From contig OZ245046.1 in the NCBI GenBank assembly GCA_965224245.1, positions 4,576,001 through 4,640,000 on the forward strand: a stretch of DNA of 64,000 nt. The letters run 5' to 3'. Position numbers and translations under genes: made by a program. How positions within the stretch are numbered: position 1 is the first letter of the stretch; each line of letters begins with the position of its first letter. This DNA is from Candidatus Eiseniibacteriota bacterium (GTDB lineage: Bacteria; Eisenbacteria; RBG-16-71-46; CAZAMP01). Positions 28,272 through 36,759 of this stretch are shown here, piece after piece. The notes under the pieces were generated by a model. That model saw only the letters and a list, made by a program, of their open reading frames with translations, ran no database searches and was not told the origin of the DNA.

Positions 28272-30494
28272 ATGAGCTCTGACGACCGAACCCGGACCCG
28301 GCTCGACGAGGACCTCGTTCCCGAGTACCTCGATGCCGAGCATCTCGGGCGTGAGCCCGTGCTCGACGCTCTGCTCGGTGCGGTCCGGCGAGGGGGCGAG
28401 ACGATCTTCGTGATCGGACCGCCTGGATGCGGACGCCGACTCCTCGTGCTGGAGGCGGTCCGGCACCTCGACGCCGAGGACGACCACCGGTCCGTCTGGC
28501 TGTCCGGGACGACGGCGCCCGACGGACAGCTCGCCGTCCTGGCCGCGCGTGTGGGACTCGTCTCACGATCGGCACCGCACGCCACCAAGGTGCTCGTCGG
28601 ACGGGAGACGTTCCGGCGGTTGGCACCGGCGATCGCCGTCGTCGTGGGTGGCGCGCGCGAGACGTTGGCGGCCCTGGAGTCGGCGTGCGGCGAGGCCGCG
28701 GCCGTGGTCGGTGTCTGTGACCATGCAGACGGCGACCGGCTCATCGCGATCCCGCCGCTCTCGATGGATCGAGTCCGCGCGGTCGTAAAGACGGTGGCCG
28801 GGCGGGATCCCTCTTCCGTCCCGGACCTCGGCGGGCTCGATGCACTCGTCCACGCGATCGGGGGACACCTCGGTACCGCCGACATCGTGGGTCGCCTGGT
28901 GACTCACGCCGCGTCCGAGCAGGACGAGCCGTATCGCGGCGTGGCCGCGACGCTCGGGCTCCGCTGCGATGGGTCGTCGAACGCCCCGAGACACGCGCCC
29001 GATTCCGGGTCCGCCACGACGCTCGCCTCCGCCTTGCGCGTCGCGCGGGACGTCCTGTCGGAGGATGCGCGCACGACGCTCGACATCGTCGTGTGGCTGG
29101 CCGACGCCGGCATCGGCACCGAGTTCCTGGCAGCGCTCCTGTCCTGGGACACCGCGCGCGTGAGCCATGCCCTGGCAGAGTGCGAGCGGCTCGGACTCTG
29201 GGAAAGACCCGACATCGGTGGGGGCGACCGCCGCCGTGGGCGGGTGCCGCCGTCGGTACGGGTGACGCTCCGTTCATTGATCGGCGAGCCCGATCCCGGT
29301 CGTCTGGCAGAGGTTGGAGGCAGGGCGTTCGACTGGACGCGCGAGCACCGGCGTCGATCGGAGAGCTTCACGCGGGTCGAGCGCGAGCTCGCACACGTCG
29401 AGGCCCTCGCAGGACTCGCGGCGAGTGCGTCCCCGGCTCGCGCGATCGAGCTGTCGTGGCTCCTCGGCGCCGCGGAGTATCAGCGCGGGTGCTACGAGAC
29501 TGCCCGCGAGATCCTCCGGGCGGTGGCCGATCGAGCACACCACGATCGGCACGTTCGAGGCGAGATGCTGACCGACCTCGCGGCAAGCCAGGCACGGCTC
29601 GGCGCGATGACCGATGCGATCGCCACCGACCTCGACGCGCTCGCGTTGCGGCGCGAGGTGCTCGGGGACGCGCATCCGGACGTCGGTCGCACCATGCACG
29701 CGATCGGACTGAGCCACGCGGAGCTGGGGCGCTCCACCGAAGCGCTCGCGTGGCTGGGTGAGGCAGAGGCGAGGCTCCGGGCGGCGGGCGAGGAGGCTCG
29801 CACCGATCTCGCAATGTGCCTCAGCGATCTCGGCGTGACACATGCCGACCGGGGCGACTTCGCGGAGGCCGCGCGCCGACACCGCGAGGCGCTGAGGCTG
29901 GTGCCCGCCTCGGCCGACTCCGCGTCAGACCTGATCCGGACACGACTCCTGGCCAGCGCCGGTGGAACACACATCCGGGCGGGCGAGACCGCACGCGGCG
30001 AGAGGCTTCTCGTGCGGGCGCTGGCTCTCCTCGCCGAGCGACTCGGCGCGCCATCGGTGGAGCACGCGCGTCTCCTGGTCTCGCAGGCCGAGATCCTCCG
30101 CGCGACCGGCCGCGCGACGCGCGCCGTGCGGACCGCCCGCGCGGCCGTGATCGAGCTCGGCGCCGCGCTGTCGCCGGCGCACCTTCTGGTGACCGGTGCC
30201 CGGATCCAGCTCGCGCGCGCGCTACTCGCGGCCGACCGCGCGCACGAGGCGATCGAGATGGCCGATGCCGCTTACACGACGCGGAGGCGCCTGCTGGGCC
30301 TCGAGCACCCCGACACCGTCGATGCCGGCCAGGTCCTGGCGGAAGTGCTCTGCGCGTCCGGAGACGCACCCCGCGCGCGCGACGTCGTGACGCCGCTTCT
30401 TCCGCTGGTTGCGAACCGGGCGCAGCGTGAGGTGCTCGCGCGATTCGCCGATCCGTCCGAGAGATCGCATCGGCCCCGGGGCGGTTCCACGTGA
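28272..30494 (+). CDS. Degenerate NB-ARC/P-loop protein with kinesin-light-chain-type TPRs
   Basis: GPPGCGRR P-loop variant; winged-helix-like segment; TPRs RREVLGDAHPD and RRLLGLEHPDT. Confidence 0.7.
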   Translation: MSSDDRTRTRLDEDLVPEYLDAEHLGREPVLDALLGAVRRGGETIFVIGPPGCGRRLLVLEAVRHLDAEDDHRSVWLSGTTAPDGQLAVLAARVGLVSRSAPHATKVLVGRETFRRLAPAIAVVVGGARETLAALESACGEAAAVVGVCDHADGDRLIAIPPLSMDRVRAVVKTVAGRDPSSVPDLGGLDALVHAIGGHLGTADIVGRLVTHAASEQDEPYRGVAATLGLRCDGSSNAPRHAPDSGSATTLASALRVARDVLSEDARTTLDIVVWLADAGIGTEFLAALLSWDTARVSHALAECERLGLWERPDIGGGDRRRGRVPPSVRVTLRSLIGEPDPGRLAEVGGRAFDWTREHRRRSESFTRVERELAHVEALAGLAASASPARAIELSWLLGAAEYQRGCYETAREILRAVADRAHHDRHVRGEMLTDLAASQARLGAMTDAIATDLDALALRREVLGDAHPDVGRTMHAIGLSHAELGRSTEALAWLGEAEARLRAAGEEARTDLAMCLSDLGVTHADRGDFAEAARRHREALRLVPASADSASDLIRTRLLASAGGTHIRAGETARGERLLVRALALLAERLGAPSVEHARLLVSQAEILRATGRATRAVRTARAAVIELGAALSPAHLLVTGARIQLARALLAADRAHEAIEMADAAYTTRRRLLGLEHPDTVDAGQVLAEVLCASGDAPRARDVVTPLLPLVANRAQREVLARFADPSERSHRPRGGST

Positions 30495-32785
30495 CGCGCC
30501 GCAACGCACAGAGCCGTCCCGCGGGAGAGACGCAACGTCTGACGATCGTGGCGGTCGACTCGGAAGCCGACGAGGCGTGCCTCCTGACGAACCTCCCGGC
30601 GCTCGGTCGCCGGCTCGCGACCGCGGTGGTGCCCGCACGGCCCGACGACCCATGGGCACGGCGGCTCGCAGACTGGGCCCGGCGCCGGGGCATCCCGGTG
30701 GACGTCATCCCCGCCTCGACGCTGGCCGACGGGATGCCGGCGCGGGATCGCGCACCCGAGGTACGATCATCCGACCTCTTGATCGCCGACCCGGGGATCG
30801 AGCCGCCGGCGGTGGCGCTGGCCGCCGCACTGTCACGGCGGCGCGTCGTCGCGCGCGACGCGCTGAATGCGACCCCCGCGGACACCGTGCGGTCGGTGCT
30901 CGTGATCGAGGATCGAACGCCGGGGACGATCTGGCACACGCTTCCCGTGATCGAGGCATGCCGTGCGGCCGGAGCCAGCGTCGGCGTGATTCCGGTGACC
31001 GATGCTGTTCTGGCGCGGTTCGTGATCGCGAAGTGCCTCCTTTTCGATCGGGTCGTCCGGGGCCGATTCGCGCTGTCCTCGGGGGTCTACGGCGGAACGG
31101 ACTCCGGCGCGCTACACCGGCCGGCCGGTCTCGCCGGTCCGGACGACGCCGACACGGCCGATCTCGTCGGCGCGCGTCACGCCGTTCTCGTCGTGAACGG
31201 CCACTCCAACGAGTTCGACGTGGGGCTGGGCGACGATCAGCTGATCTGTGCCCGGGAGAGCACGCCCGAGGTCGACCGCACCGCGAGCACGCGCGTCCTC
31301 GCCTGCTTTCACGACGGCGTGTGTCACCGGCAGTCGTTCATCGGCCTGGACGGCCTCTCGACCGAGAGGCTCTTCTCGGCGTCCGACGTGCACTCCGATG
31401 TCCTGATCTCGACCGGGTGCAACGCGTCACGCGTGGTTCCCGGCCCCTCCGACCCCGCGGTCGCATTCTGTCACCAGGCGCTCGCGGGCGAGCAGACCGC
31501 CGTGGTCGCCAGCATCGGCGTGCTCGCCGCCTCGCTGGAGCTCGACTTCCTGTTCGTGGCGCTTCTGGCCGACGGATACACGCTGGGTGACGCCGTCTCC
31601 CGCGTCAACGACGAGCGTCGCGATCGCTTCGGTCAGCTCCGGGCGACGCCCGAGGCGTCCGACGCGTTCGTACTCTTCGGGAGCCCGGATCTCGAGGTGG
31701 AGCTCCCGTTGGTCCGCGTCGAGCCACGGTGGGTCGATGGCTGCGCGACGCTCTCGCTCGACGACATGCCGGTTCACGACCCTACGGGCGTGGTCGTGCG
31801 CATGCGCACGCCTCCGTACGACGAGACACCGATCGTGCTGGTCGACGCGCCGGAGTCGATCTGGGTTCGGGGGGTGTGGACAAACGGTAACGGCGGTGGA
31901 GCACTGTACCTGTGGGTCTCCGGGTCCGATCGCGCCGGGGCCTCGCTGGCGGTGCGGCTGGCCGACCGCTCCCCCTGGGAAGCCCATGCCACGGCCCTCG
32001 CCCGCGCCACGACGCAGCACGCATTCTGGTCGCTCTTTCTCGACCAGGTGCTCGAGCGCCGGCGGGCTGGGAGCGGAGACGTCGACGGGATCGCCGAGAT
32101 CGTCATGGGTCTCTCCCGAGTGCTCCGGAGCTTGACGTCGGGGGCGATCGCCCTCGATCCGCCACGCGGACTCGTCACCCCGATCGCGCCGGTGAGCCGC
32201 GCGGCGGAGACGTCGTGGGAGCAGCTGACGTCACTGACCGCCACGCTGCTCGATCAGCTTTTCGAGCACGCCTACTCGCAAGGTGTGGTCAGCTCGGGCG
32301 CGTGGACGCCGTACTTCCGGCGCGGATCGCGGCCGATCGCGTCCGAGCCGTGCGCGTGCGGCTCCGGCACGCGGACCGGGCACGGATACGAGAGCGTCAC
32401 CCGTGACGGCGTCGTGCGTGCCACGTACGAGTGCGATGCCTGCGGCAAGGTCGCCGACACGGACGGGCGAGGTCTCCTCTCGCTCGTCGAGTGGTCGGGC
32501 GTCGCCACGCGCGGCTCGATCTTCCGCTGCGAAGGTCGCGTCCGGGCGCCGGCGACCGAGGCGGTGCTGTTCGCGGCCATTCCGCTGATCGCCGGAGAGC
32601 GCGGCCACCGGCACGCGGCGTGGGGAAAGCTCGCGTCGTCCACGGTGCCGGCGGGGCGCGAGGCGCGGGTAACGTTCACGCTAGAGATCTCCGACGACAT
32701 GCCCGTCGGTCTGCACAACTTCGCGGTTGTCGCGATCGTGAACGTGGCGCCCTACGTTCTTCGACACTGGCTGGAGATCCGATGA
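30491..32785 (+). CDS. Hypothetical protein with clan CD (C25/caspase-like) peptidase signature and C-terminal Cys motifs
   Basis: VLVVNGHS (His238), VLISTGCN (Cys310), TLGDAV...FVLFGSP; CACG...CDACG; GTGA overlap. Confidence 0.6.
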   Translation: MTRRNAQSRPAGETQRLTIVAVDSEADEACLLTNLPALGRRLATAVVPARPDDPWARRLADWARRRGIPVDVIPASTLADGMPARDRAPEVRSSDLLIADPGIEPPAVALAAALSRRRVVARDALNATPADTVRSVLVIEDRTPGTIWHTLPVIEACRAAGASVGVIPVTDAVLARFVIAKCLLFDRVVRGRFALSSGVYGGTDSGALHRPAGLAGPDDADTADLVGARHAVLVVNGHSNEFDVGLGDDQLICARESTPEVDRTASTRVLACFHDGVCHRQSFIGLDGLSTERLFSASDVHSDVLISTGCNASRVVPGPSDPAVAFCHQALAGEQTAVVASIGVLAASLELDFLFVALLADGYTLGDAVSRVNDERRDRFGQLRATPEASDAFVLFGSPDLEVELPLVRVEPRWVDGCATLSLDDMPVHDPTGVVVRMRTPPYDETPIVLVDAPESIWVRGVWTNGNGGGALYLWVSGSDRAGASLAVRLADRSPWEAHATALARATTQHAFWSLFLDQVLERRRAGSGDVDGIAEIVMGLSRVLRSLTSGAIALDPPRGLVTPIAPVSRAAETSWEQLTSLTATLLDQLFEHAYSQGVVSSGAWTPYFRRGSRPIASEPCACGSGTRTGHGYESVTRDGVVRATYECDACGKVADTDGRGLLSLVEWSGVATRGSIFRCEGRVRAPATEAVLFAAIPLIAGERGHRHAAWGKLASSTVPAGREARVTFTLEISDDMPVGLHNFAVVAIVNVAPYVLRHWLEIR

Positions 32786-33960
32786 AGAGCGGGCGCGACC
32801 GGGCTCGCGGCGGGCTCACCGGCATCATCAGGGGCCGGATCACGCGCCTTCACCGCCTCGGTCGGCGCCTCGCGTTCGCCGACGTCGACGATCAGGGACA
32901 GCTCACCTCTCTCGTTCTCGAAGGCGACTTCCCCGACGTGCGCCGCGGCGATCTCGTCACGGCGGCCGGCGAGTGGACGCGGTCCCGCGAGCTTCGGGTC
33001 GCCCGGATCGACGTCCACGGCCGGATCACGGATCTCCGGCGGCCATCGGCCCCGGCGGCCCGTCTGCTCGACCCGCGGCGGCTGGAGGCGCTACGGATTC
33101 GCTCGGCGGCGATTGCCGCCCTGCACCGTTTCTTTCATGAGACGGACTTCGTTCCCGTCGACTCGCCGACGATCGTGTCCGACTGGGTGCGCGGCCAGAC
33201 GGGCGCGTTCAACCTGGACTTCTACGACGAGGACGCGTTCCTGAAGATCAGCAACATGCCCTACCACCAGGTGCTCCTGACCGGCGGCTTCTCGCGCATC
33301 TACGAGATCGGCAAGCTCTTTCGACGCGAGCATCCCAGCTCGATCCACCGACTGGCGGAGTTCACGATCCTGGACGTCAGCTGGACCGGAGCACGTCTGG
33401 ACGATCTGATGACGTTCTTCGAGGGGGTCGTGCGCGCGACCATCGACGCGCTCTCGCCTCGGCGGATGACACTCGTCGAGGACATCCGCTTCGACCGGGT
33501 GACGGTACGCGAGCTGCTCGACGCAGCCAGCATCGAGCGGACGACGGGCGCCCAGCTCCCGGCGCCGGTCCGGCGCCACCTCGAGCGGACCCACTCGAGC
33601 TTCGTGTGGGTGACCGGATTTCCGGCGAGAACACGACCGTTCTACGTCCGCGCATCGTCGTACGACCGGGACGGGGCCGACGCGACCTGCGCGGACTGCC
33701 AGCTCTGGTTTCGGGGTCGGACCTTTCTCGCGGCCGGGGGCGAGGTCGAGTCGGACCGGGCGGTGCTGGAGGCACGCATCCGGGACGAGGGCAAGGACCC
33801 GAGACCCTACGCGTTTCTGCTGGACGCGGTCGAGCTCGGGCTCCACGACGCCGTCGGGATCGGGATGGGCGTCGAGCGGTTCCTGGCCAACGTCTTGACC
33901 CCGTCCACCGTCGCCGATTTCACGCTGTGTCCTCGCTATCGCGGCCACGTCACGCCGTGA
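32782..33960 (+). CDS. Class IIb (Asp/Asn/Lys) aminoacyl-tRNA synthetase-like protein
   Basis: OB-fold-like N-terminus (IRGRI..HRLGRRLAFADV.D); motif 1 RS...HRFF..DFVPVDSPTI; motif 2 YEIGKLFRRE..EFT; motif 3 GIGMGVERF; ATGA overlap. Confidence 0.82.
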   Translation: MKSGRDRARGGLTGIIRGRITRLHRLGRRLAFADVDDQGQLTSLVLEGDFPDVRRGDLVTAAGEWTRSRELRVARIDVHGRITDLRRPSAPAARLLDPRRLEALRIRSAAIAALHRFFHETDFVPVDSPTIVSDWVRGQTGAFNLDFYDEDAFLKISNMPYHQVLLTGGFSRIYEIGKLFRREHPSSIHRLAEFTILDVSWTGARLDDLMTFFEGVVRATIDALSPRRMTLVEDIRFDRVTVRELLDAASIERTTGAQLPAPVRRHLERTHSSFVWVTGFPARTRPFYVRASSYDRDGADATCADCQLWFRGRTFLAAGGEVESDRAVLEARIRDEGKDPRPYAFLLDAVELGLHDAVGIGMGVERFLANVLTPSTVADFTLCPRYRGHVTP

Positions 33961-33980
33961 CCTTCGAAGGAGTCAGACCG

Positions 33981-34757
33981 ATGAGCGCCCACCGCCCGCT
34001 TCACCAGTCGCCCCTCGATGGCGACGAGTGGCGTCGCATCGCCGCCAACTACGACCAGGAGCGTGACGCGCACTCGCTGCCCGCTGCGCTGGTGGACGAC
34101 CTGGTGGTCGATCTGGCCGGTGTGGATCGATCGTCCGTGGTGCTCGATCACGGTGCGGGCACGGGTACTCTCGCCGCACGGCTGGCTCCCCACGCCGGTC
34201 GCGTGCTGTGCTACGAGCCGGGCCCCGAGATGCGGCGCCGGCTGGAGACGCGGGCCGAGACGCTGGAGAGCGTGAGCGTGGTCTCCGATCCGAGCACGCT
34301 GGCGGACGAATCGGTCGACGTCGTGCTGAGCGTGAACGTCCTCGATCACGTACCCGACGTCGCACCCGTGCTCGCGCTCTTTCGGCGCGTCTCGAGACCG
34401 ACTGGTCGCGTACTGGTCGTGCTGCCGCACCCGCTCAAGGATCTCGGTCACTGGGTACGCCGGCGCGACGACGGCGGTGAGTGGGTATACGACCACTACC
34501 TGCTTCAGGACTACCTCCGCGAGGGGCTGTGCGCGAAGAGCCGGGAGGACCGACACGGGAATCGCGTCGTGACCGACTTCGTGAGTCACCACCGGAGGCT
34601 CTCGACGTACCACCGATGGCTTCGCGACGCGGGCTTCTCGATCGATGACCTGCTGGAGCCCGAGCCGCCCGCGTCGCTCGCGCGATCACACCCGATCCTG
34701 TACCAGCAGTGCTCGCGGATTCCGTACTTCGTCGTGCTCGCGTGCTCGCCCGGGTGA
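33981..34757 (+). CDS. Class I SAM-dependent methyltransferase-fold protein
   Basis: VLDHGAGTG, DVVLSVNVLDHV, HHRRLSTY...AGFSI..LLEP; AAGGAG RBS. Confidence 0.85.
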   Translation: MSAHRPLHQSPLDGDEWRRIAANYDQERDAHSLPAALVDDLVVDLAGVDRSSVVLDHGAGTGTLAARLAPHAGRVLCYEPGPEMRRRLETRAETLESVSVVSDPSTLADESVDVVLSVNVLDHVPDVAPVLALFRRVSRPTGRVLVVLPHPLKDLGHWVRRRDDGGEWVYDHYLLQDYLREGLCAKSREDRHGNRVVTDFVSHHRRLSTYHRWLRDAGFSIDDLLEPEPPASLARSHPILYQQCSRIPYFVVLACSPG

Positions 34758-34835
34758 CGCGGGCGGTGGGATGCGCGAGCGTGGATGCTCGCCGGGCATT
34801 CGGCGGGGCCGCAGCGGACCCGCCACGCCGGCCTC

Positions 34836-35507
34836 TCAGCTCGGGGACGGGATCCGCGTGCCCTCGAACACCCACTCGGCGCTGACGTAGGGGCGACCGG
34901 TGTCGATCTCGCCACCGTGCACCTCGTGGATCAGGCGTAGCGGCACGAAGTACGGCCGCGTCTCGTGGAGAACGCTCTGGCGCGTCATGAAGTGATGCGT
35001 GACGCCGTCCTCCATCGGATCGTCACAGATCCACGTGAGGTGGTCGATCCGCTGGCCCTTCCCCATCAACGACGACTCGGTGGAGATGAACGTGCAGAAG
35101 TACAGCCCGCCGGCCCGGACGACGCGTGCCGCCTCGCGGATGGCGTCGCGGACACCGTCGAGCTCGGCGTGCGAGATCACCGCACGGCAGACCACCGCGT
35201 CGAAGACGGCGTCGTCGTATGGGAGGTGCCGCATGTCGGCCAGCGCCAGCACGGGCGAGAGCCCCGCCCGTCGCGCGCGCTCCCCGGTCACGCGCGTCCC
35301 GGTGGGCGAGAGGTCGACCCCGTGGACCTCGTAGCCCAGCCTCGCGAGGTAGATCGCGTGACGGCCGGCGCCGAACCCGACGTCGAGAATCGTCCGAACA
35401 TCCTCGCGCGCGGCGAGCGTCTCGGTCGCGAACCGGACGACGTCCTCCGCCGGATCTTCCAGGCAGTTCACGGGATCTTCGAAGAGCGCGTCCCAGTCCA
35501 TCGGCAT
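34836..35507 (-). CDS. Class I SAM-dependent methyltransferase
   Basis: ILDVGFGAGRH, GVDLS, ADMRHLPY, FDAVVC. Confidence 0.87.
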   Translation of the reverse strand: MPMDWDALFEDPVNCLEDPAEDVVRFATETLAAREDVRTILDVGFGAGRHAIYLARLGYEVHGVDLSPTGTRVTGERARRAGLSPVLALADMRHLPYDDAVFDAVVCRAVISHAELDGVRDAIREAARVVRAGGLYFCTFISTESSLMGKGQRIDHLTWICDDPMEDGVTHHFMTRQSVLHETRPYFVPLRLIHEVHGGEIDTGRPYVSAEWVFEGTRIPSPS

Positions 35508-35520
35508 CTCTCCCTCGCCG

Positions 35521-35529
35521 ATGGTATCA
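35521..35529 (-). promoter_or_regulatory. Extended -10 element TGATACCAT
   Basis: TGn-TAnnnT just upstream of the ATG at 35507. Confidence 0.35.
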
Positions 35530-35630
35530 CGGGGTCGGCACGGTGACCCGGAGCCCCCTCGGGGCCTTCGCCGATCGCGTATCGGAACCAGTCGCGGGGC
35601 GCCGATGGGGCGGATGCGCGTCCGGACCCG

Positions 35631-36362
35631 CTAGCCGTCCACCTCGTCGTCCGGACGCTCGGCGAACTCCTGCCGATCCTCGTGCCGGCCGGGCGCCGGC
35701 TCCGCCGGCAGATCGACGTCGCAGCTCGCGAGGCCCATCCGGTACTGCTCGGCCATCTCGTCGATCGCGTCGGCGACGGCGCCGCGGAACAGGGCGGAGA
35801 GGGGAGCGTCCTCCGACCCCGGCTCGGAGACTCCCAGTCCCTTGCCGGCGACGCGACCGGCCTGGAACACCTCCCCGTCCAGCGTCAGGAGCTCGAAGAT
35901 CATCTCGACCCGGACCGAGAGCTTGTCCTCACACGTGTCGCAGCTTCCACCGGGAATCAGGTGTCCACTCAGATCGGCGGGGAAGACGGCCACGATCAGG
36001 TCCGGCGACGGAAGCTCCTCTGCGGCCTGTCGGGGCCAGATGTCCGGTGCGCGGTGCGGCGTTCGAACCTCGCCGGTGTATCGGGGCTCGTCGATGGTCT
36101 GCACGCCACGGAACGCGCGGCCGGTCGCGCGGACGAGCTCTGCGCGCAGATACTCTCCGACCTCGAGCTCGGTCGCGGCGCCGCCGTCGCGGGTGATGGT
36201 GGCCTTCGCGGCGTCCAGCTCCGGGCTGACGTACAGCGCGGCCCAGTGGGGATGGGTGCCACCGGTCCGCGTCATCGCGGCCGCATCCGGGGACGGGTTC
36301 TGACTGCAACCCACGGCCAGCAGTCCGGCCGAGAGAACGACGACCTTCAGGATCTTCACCAT
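35631..36362 (-). CDS. Hypothetical lipoprotein
   Basis: MVKILKVVVLSAGLLAVGC lipobox; GGAG RBS; CDTC motif. Confidence 0.7.
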   Translation of the reverse strand: MVKILKVVVLSAGLLAVGCSQNPSPDAAAMTRTGGTHPHWAALYVSPELDAAKATITRDGGAATELEVGEYLRAELVRATGRAFRGVQTIDEPRYTGEVRTPHRAPDIWPRQAAEELPSPDLIVAVFPADLSGHLIPGGSCDTCEDKLSVRVEMIFELLTLDGEVFQAGRVAGKGLGVSEPGSEDAPLSALFRGAVADAIDEMAEQYRMGLASCDVDLPAEPAPGRHEDRQEFAERPDDEVDG

Positions 36363-36466
36363 CGCACACTCCGGGTTGGATGCCTCTCTGTGGTTCTCGA
36401 TCGTCACCGGAGCCGACGATCTGTAGAGCGCGGCCGAAACACGCCGTTGGCGACATATATCGATGA

Positions 36467-36475
36467 TGCTATGAT
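36467..36475 (+). promoter_or_regulatory. Extended -10 element TGCTATGAT with no downstream CDS
   Basis: Near-consensus TGn-TATGAT in an AT-richer patch. Confidence 0.5.
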
Positions 36476-36480
36476 CCTCG

Positions 36481-36574
36481 GGTTCCGTGACCCGAGTCAC
36501 GGATCTCGCAAGCTACCCGAAGGCGGCCGTTTCGCGGCGGCCGCAAGGACCCAGCGACGGCGCTGGGTCTTTTT
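36481..36574 (+). ncRNA. Candidate small RNA (about 94 nt)
   Basis: Follows an extended -10; hairpin TCCGTGAC-CCGA-GTCACGGA; second GC hairpin; ends in an intrinsic terminator. Confidence 0.45.
36547..36574 (+). terminator. Rho-independent terminator
   Basis: GGACCCAGCG-ACGG-CGCTGGGTCT followed by a T-run on the + strand only. Confidence 0.75.
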
Positions 36575-36602
36575 GCGGGTGCCGGGAGATGGGCGTCACG
36601 GG

Positions 36603-36736
36603 GAGGGCGTGGGGGAATCGGGCGAGCTCGAGACTTCCCTGACGAACTGAGCACGAAGCAGCCACGGCGATGCCAGGAACACCGATCGGCCCCGGAGGTT
36701 CGACTCGCGCCGAACCGCGATCCCCCCACGCACCTC
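36603..36736. other. Long imperfect fold-back structure (possible structured RNA)
   Basis: GCGTGGGGGA (36607-36616) pairs with TCCCCCCACGC (36721-36731); inner ATCG/CGAT, GGCGAG/CTCGC and CTTCC/GGAGG pairings. Confidence 0.35.
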
Positions 36737-36759
36737 GGAGCTCGGGCCGCGCGGTGCGC

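Noticed and set aside
22904-34835. Microcin C or other RiPP precursor peptide for the operon
   Set aside because: Intergenic gaps are too short or lack a supported small ORF, and no ThiF/MccB adenylyltransferase is present.
34836-35507. Second methyltransferase as part of the operon
   Set aside because: Opposite strand with its own promoter-like motif; association is possible but unsupported.
36638-36660. CTGACGA...GAAG resembling a hammerhead ribozyme core
   Set aside because: No pairing stem II and GAAG instead of the required GAAA.
36655-36668. GAAGCAGCCACGGC resembling SRP (4.5S) RNA helix 8
   Set aside because: The upstream CAGG and GNRA tetraloop half of the motif is missing.
36694-36706. 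GGAGGTTCGACTC resembling a tRNA/tmRNA T-loop
   Set aside because: No complete T-stem, cloverleaf or CCA end.
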